Shown: in pieces, positions 23,805 to 35,022 of the stretch
Layout: every line of letters begins with the position of its first letter
Position numbering within the stretch: the first letter of the stretch is position 1
Source of the DNA: Paecilomyces variotii
Lineage: Eukaryota
Direction: 5' to 3' (one strand)
Length of the DNA stretch: 64,000 nucleotides
NCBI GenBank assembly: GCA_004022145.1
Contig: RCNU01000005.1
Notes under the pieces: model-generated
Databases searched by the model: none
The model's input: the letters and a program-made list of their open reading frames with translations, nothing else
Told to the model about the DNA's origin: nothing
Translations under genes and position numbers: made by a program

Positions 23805-24554
23805 GATTGTCCTTTTAGCTGCAGGGAGTTACATGGATCATGAGAAAATAAGATGTCCATGAAATGCAAGCATTGATTTTGTGTGGATGTGAATGTTGAC
23901 GTTGGTGTTGGTGTTGATGTTGATGCTGTGTAGGATAACGGCTTTCAAAGACCGTCGCGCAACAAGGCAGGTATCACTTTGGGAACTCCCAGCGCGCATG
24001 CACGAAGACTACGTGATGAGAGCCACACCCATGGATATGTCTGGCTGGTTTAAAATGCAGAAAGACTCAAAAATATGCTGCAACAACTGCGTTTATCTAC
24101 AGTGCGACGTTATACTCTAGGTCTATGGGTGCAAGTGTAGATACCATAGCAAGATAACAAATAATTTGCATATCAAGGCGAGAACATAGGTATTTCAGGC
24201 TGTAGGGAAAATAACATTCGAACTCTCCGCACAGCGGCCGACACATCATATATGCCCAAAAGACCAGCCATCATTGTAAGGAAGCAGCAATGGGCAGCGT
24301 GAACATTGAGGGTGCATCGCAGAGTGAGCTGGCGCCCTGTCCGCCAGTAATCCATTTGTTTAGGATGTGGTCCGAGCGTCTAGGATTTCGGGCGGACACA
24401 TTGCTGCTTCAGCTTGGAGATTCAATCTCGGCCGCGTGGAACTCAAAGCTCCCCTTCGCACACAATCCCCCACGCCACCAAGCTGCGATCCATCTGTCGA
24501 GGGTCGTGTGTCCTGCATATTTCAATTAGCAGTTGAAGTCAAAATACCGACCCC

Positions 24555-25377
24555 ATGCGATTCTCCACGACAGCCATTCTGGCCACTGCGCTGGGATGGA
24601 TCGGAGCCGTGACGGCACATAACATCCAGCTCAAGGCACACTCAATGGAATGCTTTCACGAGCAGCTGCACAAGGATGATAAGATGACCGTTACGTTCCA
24701 AGTGGGAGACAGGGAGTTTGGTGGCAGTGGAAACTTGGAGATCGATTTCTGGGTACGTGACCTGTTGCTCCCCGCGGACAAAACAAGCCATCGTGCACAC
24801 GCCGTTGTCCGATTCCCAAATCTCGCTGACCGTTTGGATTCCAATTACAGGTCGAGGATCCCGTCCAAAATCGTCAGTATCACAAAACCGGTGTCTCTTC
24901 GGAAGACTACTCTTTCACGGCTCATATGGACGGCAAATACGTCTACTGCTTCAGCAATCTCGGTTGGACCTCGAATACGAAGGAAGTATCGTTCAACGTC
25001 CACGGTATCGTCTACGTCCCGGAATCTGAGTCGCAAGACCCATTGGAGACTGAGGGTATGATATGTGGTTCCAACAATGATCTGTTGAATTGACGGAGCG
25101 ACTAACGATCTTCTAGTCCGACGTCTTTCAGAACTGTTGACTCAGGTCAAGGACGAGCAGTCATACATTGTGGTTAGAGAGCGGACGCACAGAAATACTG
25201 CGGAGAGCACCAATGCTAGAGTGAAGTGGTGGAGTATCTTCCAGCTGGCTGTCGTTATCGGAGAGGGCGTTTTCCAGGTTTGGTGGCTCAAGAGATTCTT
25301 CGAGGTCGGTTATCCTGTTACTTGTTCATACGGGGGTGTAATTTTCTCACAATTTGCAGGTCAAGCGCGTTGTCTGA
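24555..25377 (+). CDS. emp24: p24 family COPII cargo receptor (Emp24-like), 4 exons
   Basis: Signal peptide, GOLD domain (ECFHEQL...YVYCFSN), QVKDEQSYIVVRERTHRNTAESTNARVKWWS, a TM helix and a C-terminal FFEVKRVV*. Confidence 0.92.
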
Positions 25378-26018
25378 TCGATTATCGATCCATGGCCCAT
25401 TCGCCATTCTCAACATGGATTCATTGGCGGTGTTGCGGAGTCTGGACCTCTCCCCAGAGGTGCATCAGCCCAGCGGACCGCAGAATCTGCATATCCCAGC
25501 AGAGTATATTCCGGTCCGAAAGCCCAATGATATTTTGGATGTAGTTTTAGCAAGATTAATTTTCAGTTTCAATGAAATCAACGGTTATGAACAGGAGAAC
25601 AGCACCCTGCGACTGTTAACAGCCAGCAGTAGTTATACTTGATCAAACGCAAGACATGTGATTGACACCTTAGAACTCGTCGGTTACTTCTATCTCGAAA
25701 ACTCTACATCTGGTACGCTGTCTGGCACTCCGATGTAGTCCATTCTGTAACCACCTTCTACTATCGTTAACCACCACCAGAAACCCCCTGTCCTGCTCTT
25801 GGCAGGTGCTCCCGCGCATGCCGCTTCCCCGCATCAACATCATCAGATCTCATCCTTTTCATTTCCATTCCCCCTCTTAGAATAACAATCGACTTCAAGG
25901 ACACAATAAACCACTAGACCTATACCAGATCTAATAAGTAACTCAATCATACAAATCCCCAAACACGACCGAAGAAGCTTATCAGAGACTTTCTCGCAAG
26001 TCCTTCATCTATCAATCA

Positions 26019-26758
26019 ATGGCAGCGTATGCAGCTGCGCCAGGCCTTGCCAATGACAGTGGTCTGAACCAGACGATATTAAATGAAATAGACGCCAGTG
26101 ATCCGCTATTTCATATCTGCTGGCGAAGACAATCGTGCGGAAGCTGTTTAATCGGCGACGTGCCGTGTAGCTGGTGTCCTTTTGTATGTTTCTATATTTC
26201 TCTTTTCGATATCATTATCTTCGGGGACTTTGGTGGATTGCTATCTTGAGAGCTATTATGGAATGAATATATTGGATTCGCTGGCTCGATAGGCATGATT
26301 TATTGAGTCTAGGAAGCAAGTCAACGTCAACTAACTCCTTCTGCACCTACCAGTCTTCAACCTGCGTTCCGAACCCGTCTCGCATTCCTATCTTCTCTCC
26401 CTTTCAATCTGGAAATTTATGCCCTCTGGGCTCAAAGGAGAGATGGGAGATCAGAACGACTTCATTCGGGTGCAATGTTAGTGCGTTGAATTTCTTGAGT
26501 GTGCTCGTGGCTGTCATTTCTACACTTGCGGTGGTGGGGTTGATGTTTCTGCTGGTGTGGATAGGGAAGAAGGTAGCGCGCCAGTGGACAGAGAAGAGAG
26601 CGAAGGGTATCACTGTAATTGAGTGGGTCAGGTCGAGAGACTGGAGGATTTGGCGTCCTCAGAGATGGATACGAAGGGATAATGAAAGACACGAGGAAGC
26701 TGTTGCTAACGATGGCGATGTTGAGGAGGGTGGAGAGAGGAGACCTCTGCTGGGTTAA
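26019..26758 (+). CDS. PSI-domain single-pass membrane protein, 2 exons (intron ~26184-26352)
   Basis: CWRRQSCGSCL..VPCSWCPF|SSTCVPN...CP...ERWEIRT..FGCNVS, a TM segment and a C-terminal ERRPLLG dileucine-type motif. Confidence 0.75.
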
Positions 26759-26939
26759 GGGAGAGGCTCTTCCCACCGTAACCTTCCCGATGCTACGATC
26801 TGATCTCAATAATATCATGTGTAATATAGAATAATTGCAATAGTGGTTTATTTTTCATTAGCCATTCTATATCTTCTCCCGATGAACATATACTGGAGGG
26901 ACTCGATAACTAGCAAGAGTCTGTTTGTACGCATGACAC

Positions 26940-28040
26940 TCATAGCGCAGAATCTCGTTGTCTAGCCTGTACAACCTGGCTCACCTTGTACTCCACCACA
27001 GAAGGCTTGTCCTTCCTGATCACGAAGCGGCCCTGAGCGACGAAAACGCGCTTCTCCAGGTCCTTGTATCGCTCATCTCCGGTCTGTGTACTCTGTCAGC
27101 ATGTTGAAGAAGAAGAGAAAAGAAAACACTGGTGATGATTGTCGGATGGGAGATCCTTTATGTTGCAATTAAACGGGATTCCATATCCCCGTAGAATTCC
27201 CTTACCTCGAATTTGATGCTGGTGACTGGGAAGAAAGTAATGTGAGCATTTGAATCTTTCAGTACCTGCTAGGCACAGGGATGGTAAAAACATACAGATG
27301 TTACCCCACGGCGTAGGACCTTCTGCAGCCTTCCCGCCGAAGACGGCAGCCTCCGCCTCGGTCACATTGATGTCTCCAAGGTAGTGTAGGTAAAGCAGCT
27401 GTGACATAATAGTATGTTAGCCCGGAGCATTTGCAGATCAGACACACGCTTTTAATGATGCTACTTACGGCGTCATCCTTGGTCCTATATTGGAAGCCGC
27501 TGGTTAGTTTCACTGCATGTACCGAATACAAGCGATTCACATCTTAGAGGAAACTTACTTGACAACTCCGTGGGCATCCAGACGCAGGTGCTTTCCGTCA
27601 GCGCTGGCGCGGATGTAGTCATTGCCAGTTCCGGCGAAACTGGAGTCGATGGCAGGAGAGAAACCAGGCTCGCTCTTGAGGGTGCCACTGGTCATGGGCT
27701 TTTGTCACGAGATATCATACATTAGTTTCCATATATATATATAGACTGAAATAAAACCTATTGATGAAATAGAAAAGAGATATGAAGGACTTACCACGAC
27801 GTTGAGACTGCCTATATTGGCACATGATTAGTTAATAACCATTTTGTCACTCAAATAAATTTTGTTCAACAACGCCGAATCATACCAACAGCCAATGGCT
27901 CGCCAATTTCAACCTATTCAGATAGACAAATGTCAGTTCTCCTGTATTGCAGGGAAGCAAGTGCTCCCAAACGTGGTAGCTAGATAGGTTCGATTTACCT
28001 GAATGGTGAAGGCGGGCTGCAGGGTTGGGAATTCAGCCAT
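26940..28040 (-). CDS. DUF3237/UPF0311-family protein, 8 exons including micro-exons
   Basis: Spliced translation MAEFPTLQPAFTIQ-VEIGEPLAVG-SLNVV-PMTSGTLKSEPGF...GNDYIRASADGKHLRLDAHGVVK-TKDDA-LLYLHYLG...PWGNI-FTSIKFE-TGDERYKDLEKRVFVAQGRF...VVEYKVSQV; all junctions are GT-AG with consistent phase. Confidence 0.8.
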
Positions 28041-29186
28041 GTTTGCAGACAGGTATCAGGATTTCTGTTGTATTTTCTTTATAGTACCCGACCGTGTATA
28101 AGAGAGATAGTACGCTTCTTGGTGTTTGTTTAAAGGTCTGGAAGCAGCTCAAGGCAGTCTTATTTATCCTTCGTTTTCAACTGATCGAGCAGGCGGAAAG
28201 CGCAGCCCCGCTCGATGTGAGGGGTGCGTCAAAGCTCATCCAGGCAGACAACAACCGCAAAGACGGGAAGAAAAGACATCAATAATATGATTTCATTGGG
28301 TGGAATTATGTAACCCTTGATGAGCTCTTTTGGAAGTTTTGCAACATGTCGTATCATATACGTGTCTCACTTTTCAGGTGGGGTCATCGACCTGGGCCCC
28401 GCGAATATTGAGTATCCAGTGAAGAGCTCATTTCAAGTCGCACTCTCTAAGTAAGCTAACAGGCGATTTAACTCATGTCGTGAGTTGATATCTGAAAGGA
28501 TTGATTTGTGAGCCCATCGCATGCTGTCTCTCAGGAAGTATATATTTACAAGGTCTAGCTACCTACCTATGTATAGTGGCCCAAAGAAAAAAGGTGACAC
28601 AGAGTGGACACGCGTGCTGATGTCCGCTAGTTGCATATAGAATGGAGAGCACCATGTGGAACTTGTCCACATAGCTATGCAATACTCATTTGTAGTATAT
28701 GTTCGTAGACCGCACTGGGCGGTTCCAATGTCATGATACATTGCCGCTGTTTTCTGTTCGCCCCTGGAACTGTGGTCCTCGAGATCCGGAGGTCGATATG
28801 CAAGGGATTTATTCGAGAAGTGTCTTCTGACTGATTTTATTGATCTCTGGCGTCTTTTAGTGGAAAAGCAGCGGAAGTGGTCCAGAACCCCTGGTTATAG
28901 TCCATCGAGAGTATCCTTCGATTCCTCACAGATGAGCTTGGTCTTCTCGAGGACATCTCAAGTTATGTACGTGGGATAAGTATCCGGGGACCACCTTCAA
29001 GCGATTTAATGCTATGAATCCCTATGCATCATGCAGATTTTCTATGGAATTATGAACAGGCAAATACAGACGAAGATGAAAGTCTAGGCTCCGACGCAGA
29101 ATTTTCTCGTGCTATTTCCCGACATCTATCTTACAGTTGTATATTGTGTACATCGAGAACATGCCAAGGAAATAAGAGGAACAGAC

Positions 29187-29258
29187 TGCTAATCGGCCCC
29201 TATTCTGGACCCGCGCTTTAGCGCGCGATCGCGGGTCCAGAATAGGGGCCGATTAGCA
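29187..29258. repeat. Perfect 29-bp inverted repeat with a 14-nt spacer
   Basis: tgctaatcggcccctattctggacccgcg (29187-29215) and its exact reverse complement cgcgggtccagaataggggccgattagca (29230-29258). Confidence 0.95.
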
Positions 29259-29736
29259 AGGGTACCTACGCTTTGGTATTCGACGTCATTTTCACAGAAA
29301 ATTTATATATTTAACACATTTCTTATCATTATTGCCGATGCCTGTTTGTTCTTTCTCCTAAAAATATTCGACAAGAAGACGTTATGATATGGTTCATGGT
29401 TAACGTTAGTACATCCAGCGGTCTTGTAAACTAAGCCGTTGGAAGATCCCGCCCGCGGGCCGAGGCTAGGTAGTTACTACATAGTAATACTAAGCAGTAA
29501 GGCCCAGAACAACAGCCTGACATAGTCATCGAGGTTCTTTTAGCCATGCTGTTTGAATTGGGGATTTTCAAAAAGATATAGACCTTATTTGTACTATCAT
29601 TTGAATCGGAAATACGCGCGGACACTAGAACACCGACACAGAGAAAAACCCTATATTCTAACAGTGGCATGCGCCCTATCACTGTCTCTTCTTCATTTCG
29701 CACCACTCGGACTCTCCGACTGAGTCTCTCTTCAGC

Positions 29737-30179
29737 ATGCCTCTCTGGGTGTTCACGCACACTCCCAACACGTTCTCCCCTGAAGACAAACGGGAGCTAG
29801 CAGATCAAATTACCACCGTTTATCGCAGACCGGGCTTCCCGGCTTCTGTGTCAACGTTCAATTCTCTGAACTAAGTCCCCACGATATCTACAGCGGTGGG
29901 CCAAGGCCTGCTAGATTCACGACTATATCTATCTACCATGCCGCTGGATCATTCCAAAATGTAGCGGAGAGGAACAGATTTCTTAACAAAGTCGACTGGG
30001 TCCTCACGCCGCGACTCAAATCGAGGGATATAAGCTGGGAGTACTTCATCCAAGAACAGCCTCGCGAATCATGGAAGATCGATGGGAATATTCCACCAGA
30101 GATGGGATTCTAATTGGAAAATCATTGGTTCAAGGCCAAATCCCTCGTGGAGAGCCTTGATAAGGAGTCATTGAGTTGA
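29737..30179 (+). pseudogene. Disrupted fungal tautomerase (Tautomerase_3 / cis-CaaD-like) gene
   Basis: MPLWVFTHTPNTFSPEDKRELADQITTVY..PGFPA, then a 1-nt frameshift near 29845 into CVNVQFSEL...ISIYHAA...WEYFIQEQPRESWKIDGNIPP, an in-frame TAA at 30111, and a continuation LENHWFKAK to TGA at 30177-30179. The Pro at position 2 is typical of tautomerases. Confidence 0.75.
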
Positions 30180-31542
30180 ATGGGCATTGTTATCTGTGCA
30201 GGGACATGTTGGTGGAGACTATCTGGGCGATCAACGCCTGACTGACTAGCATTGCAATTTGTTTGAGCTATTGTTATGCTACCATTCGGTATACGACTAG
30301 GATGAACTGATTCTTTGGACAGCTGGTTGTTGTTGTGTATTTATTTGGAAAGATTACCCCGTGATGCATTTATTTGCCAATTTCTGCCTGAAGAGTCGAA
30401 CTGTAGAGCAAATGTCCGTTTCAGGAGTTTTTCTAAATCAACGTCGACTTAGCATGCGTTGCCAAAGAAGGGAACTATTACAAAAGGAGGATCGTTGGAG
30501 GCCTTTGCCTAGCGGTGCGAGAGGCACAACTGTTGACTACTACTCAGGATTGGGGGGTCCCGCTTTGAGGATGTTGCATACGATAAAATTCAGATCTGGC
30601 GTGGGACGAGGGATATAAACGTGCCTGTGCGCGTGATACGATACGATATATGGAGAGTATGATGCCGATCATTTATACTACGAAGAAGTATCTGTGGGAA
30701 CTTGTACAGAAGCGGCTGGGATGGACAAAGATAAGGTATATTAGAGCGTGTAGTTATCTGTTCTTCTCTTGGCTTACCCATACATGATAGATAGTAACAA
30801 CAGTATTCAGACCAAGTTCTATTTCTATCTAGCCATTAGTTATTTGCACTGCGCTGAAAAAGCCAGGTCAGATGGTCCTTTTTCGACCTCTTAAATACCT
30901 ATCTACTAAGATTGTTGACATGCAAAGCAAGTCCAAATCCTTTCATGTAATTATCCAAGTGGCCGTTTGTCCGAAATCGCTGTTCTCTCAGCTGCTCCAC
31001 CGTGAGACCGTGCGAGTTCGACGCCAGATCATCGTGAGCAGATCCAACGACGATTGATCTTTCTCAACGCGAGGGATGAGCAGAGCGGCGTCCCCAAAGG
31101 TCCTCGGGTTCCGACGAACCAGCGACGATCAGTTCGGCACGTGCGGAGCGAGGAGCATGTCGCAGGCTGGCTGAGTGTCGTGTGGCTCGCGTGATCAAAA
31201 GATGAGTAGAGGAAGAGTCGAGTATTTTATTATAATAAAATATTTACTCTACGATATATAACTAACGAACAACAGCAATATTAATAAATAAACCATGGTC
31301 GGAGGAGAAAACCGGCTGCTGGGGACCCTTGGAGAACGAGGGACTGTGATTGGCGCGGAAACCGGTGCGTGCCTGAGGACAAATCGACAATCAATTCCAC
31401 CGCTGCAGAGCTGGTGACGTCGAACATTCGTCGCGGCTTGTTTTCCTCTGTTGCGGGCGATGGCTAACTGTGTGTTTCTGATATACATAGACAGCTCTCC
31501 CGCCCCGTCGGGCTGGCTACGATCCTCCCAAGAGCAGCTATC

Positions 31543-33691
31543 ATGATCGGATTTCTGCTGGCCCTGTCATTGCTGGCCGCAGCAGTGGACCAACTCCCGC
31601 TGCAGGAACAGCTGGCCGCATCGCCATCGGACGCCCTCAATCCGCCAGAGATCCAGAGACGGCCCTCAAGTGGTCTCAAGGGTCGTTTTTTACACATAAC
31701 AGGTACTGTTTGCGAGGGAGAAAAATGAGTTAAAAAAATAACTGTAAATGGTACGCGTGCTGACCGCGACAGACTTTCACCCCGATAGCCATTACAGACC
31801 GAAAACGTCGACGGACGAGAGCGTATCTTGTCATCGAGGCAAAGGAGATGCGGGGTATTTTGGAGCCGCGGGGTCAGAATGTGACTCTCCCTTCTCGCTC
31901 GTCAACGCGACATTCAGATGGATCGACGACAATCTAAGAGACGAGATCGACTTCGTCGTATGGACCGGAGATTCTGCACGCCACGACAGCGACGAGCGCA
32001 TTCCGCGGACAGAGGATGAAGTTTCATCATTGAACCAATACATGGTCGACAAGTTCGTGGACGTCTTTGGCAAGGAGAACAACAATCACGATATCGACCT
32101 GACCAACGACCTGACTATCCCTATTGTACCGACCATTGGCAACAATGACATCCTGCCCCATAACATTCTCCGGCCAGGGCCCAATAAATGGACGAAGAAG
32201 TTCTTGACGATCTGGAGACCTTTTATCCCAGAAGAACAGCGCCACACCTTTGTGGAAGGAGGCTGGTTCTGGACGGAGGTAATCCCGCAGCGGCTAGCAG
32301 TCGTCAGTCTGAATACGCAGTATTTCTACGAGTCCAACAGTGCCGTCGATGGGTGCAAGCGCAAGTCTGAACCAGGCTACGAACAGATGGAGTGGCTTAG
32401 GGTTCAGCTGGAGCTCTTTCGGGAGCGCAACATGAAGGCCATCCTCATTGGTCATGTGCCTCCGGCCAGAACCCATGATAAAAAGAACTGGGATGAGACG
32501 TGTTGGCAGAAATACGCCCTTTGGTTGCACCGGTTCCGCGATGTGGTCGTCGGAAGCGTTTACGGACACATGAACATCGATCATTTCATCATCCAGGACA
32601 GTCACCACATCGACATAGTCGAGGAGGCAGACACAGGCAGCAGGTCTGAACAGGAGTTTACGACAGAATCGAAGTCGTCATACCTTACTAGTTTACGAAA
32701 AGAATGGTCAAAAATGCCATCTCCACCCGCAGACGACGACTTCCTCGAGAACTGGGACCTCGGGAATGACGGGGACCCGGTGTCATCACTGAAGAAGGGA
32801 AAAAAGAAACGCAAGTTCCTTAAGAAGATCGGTGGTCGTTGGGCCGAGCGTTACAGTGTATCCTTGGTGGCACCCAGTGTGGTGCCGAACTATTTCCCCA
32901 GTCTCAGAGTGATCGAATATAATGTTACGGGGCTGGAGGCCGCCATGACGTGGGCAGAAGCTACCACGCATCGTGCGTCGCCCGGGGTAGTAGAGAAGGA
33001 CCCTGAAAATGAAGAGTCGCTGCCATACTCTGATGATCCTGATAGCGATGTCAAGAAAGACAATAAGAAGAAGGGCAAGGGAAAGAAGGGCCGCAAGAAG
33101 AAGCCGAACTTCAAGGTTCCTGATCCGCCATCCTCTCGCGCCCCTCCTGGGCCCGCTTACTCGAATCAGCCTCTGTCATGGCTGAGTTACACTCAATATT
33201 TTGCGAATCTCACCAAGATCAACAAAGAAGCTACAGAATTGCAAAAGTCCTCCGAGCAGCAATCAAGAACCTGGAGAGAATACAAGCTTGCAAAGTCGCA
33301 GCCGGACTACGCCAAAGTGCCATTCGAATATGAAGTGGAATATGAGACGAAGACGGACAATGTCTATCATATGAGGGACCTCACTGTCCGCAGCTTCTTC
33401 AAACTTGCTACGCGGATCGCAAACGATGAACCTACGGGAAAGAATCAAATGCTTCCAGGCGCCTCCAATGGCGAATACATAGCCGACTCTGGAAACGATA
33501 CGAGGTCAGCAGAAGATGATGATAGAGTGGAAGATGGCCCCATTGGTGAGACGAAAAAAGGAAAGGGAAAGAAGAAACACAAGAAGAAGAACAGGAAGCA
33601 TGCTAACAGAGTATGGGTTACTTTCTTGGAGCGGGCGTTTGTAGGTTTCTTCAATGACGACATCGAGAACATGCAGAACGAGTCGTACTGA
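31543..33691 (+). CDS. ppn1: Vacuolar endopolyphosphatase (metallophosphoesterase), intron ~31703-31772
   Basis: N-terminal hydrophobic anchor; LKGRFLHIT|DFHPD, CDSP, WTGDSARHD, GNND, GHVPP, YGHMNIDHF and PSVVPNYFPSLRV motifs. Confidence 0.92.
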
Positions 33692-34645
33692 GATTATACT
33701 CGGGTCTGGTTACTGCGCCGTATATATTTCACGGAGATAAGGCTGGAATTGCTCCTTTCTTTTCTCATTGTATATCCCGTCACTCCGTTTTTGGGTTATT
33801 TCATTTCACCTTTAGGCGTGGAGAGAAAATCTGGCTAGCACCACTAGAGGCGGACCTCGGGCATTTTACCCTTTCATTGCATTTTCAAGCGGCATTTATG
33901 AGACTTGTTCTTATATTGGTCTTTATTGGACATACGACTTATGCACACACCTGCTTGGTTACTAGCGGGCTCTTCATTCCCGTTCCTGCTGTTGATCATT
34001 GGCACATCTGTGATGACTGTACATGCATTTTTTGTCAAGTTTCCTATCGTAACAATTGGAAACGTTTACACAAAATTATCTACATATATTGCAAAAGTTT
34101 GATACAATGTTTGTACAATAGGAGATTGAGTCTACGTTACTGTACTCTGCATCGCAATGCAATTCCCTGTTATCGCGAATCCAACGGACATAGCCGCAAC
34201 TCCGCTTCCCCCAATAAGCACTTTCATGTCCAAGAGTGAATATCCATCCTTACCCCAACGACCCTTCGTCAATTCATCCCAGCAAATAAAACACCCATTC
34301 CCAGCATTCAATGCCCAAAGTTTCCCCGCTTCTGAACAGAGTGAAGAGTACTATAGTCAATGAGGGGCCTTGATAGAAGGTCATATAACCCTCCTGGATT
34401 CATCTTATCAAATGGAATACCATCTCGCTTCTCTTCTTATACATGTATGTACATCACACACGGCTAGTTTCATGCATATCCTAGCTTGAAGAGGAAAATA
34501 GCATGCTACAGCTTAACAGGCAGCTGGTTCTGAAGCTATGGATATCTGCCCGACCCCGATGCAAATGGTGACTGTTTCATCGCCTTGAGATAGGATAGTA
34601 ATTGCGAGCCGCTAAGTCGGGCTCAGAGACTCACGCAAGTATTGT

Positions 34646-35022
34646 CATGGTAGCTACCAGCCGATCATTACTCCTGATGTTCCCTTTTATACAATCACAA
34701 TGGATTTTATCATGGGGTTACCAGAAACGATGAATTACAACCAGATGCTCACCGTTTGCTGCAAATTTAACGAAGAGGGTCACCTTTATCCCCGGAAAGG
34801 ATACATGGACCGCGAGAGACTGGGCATTGGCGCTACTTGAACGGCTTCACCTCGGCGACTGGGGCTTGCCGCCTGTTATTATATCAGACTGTGACCCTAA
34901 GTTCTTGTCGGAACTTTGGATGAACCTATTCAGAGGACTGAACGTCAAACTCCTCTTCTCCGCAGCATATCATCCGCAAGCGGACGGTCAGTCCGAACGC
35001 ACCAATCAGACAGCGGAAATTG
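34646..35022 (+). mobile_element. Ty3/gypsy LTR-retrotransposon integrase (rve core) relic, frameshifted and truncated
   Basis: HGSYQPIITPDVPFYTITMDFIMGLP...VCCKF, frameshift near 34769, then TKRVTFIPGK...GLPPVIISDCDPKFLSELW...LFSAAYHPQADGQSERTNQTAE. The D-D-E residues are recognisable; no RT, gag or paired LTRs seen. Confidence 0.85.
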
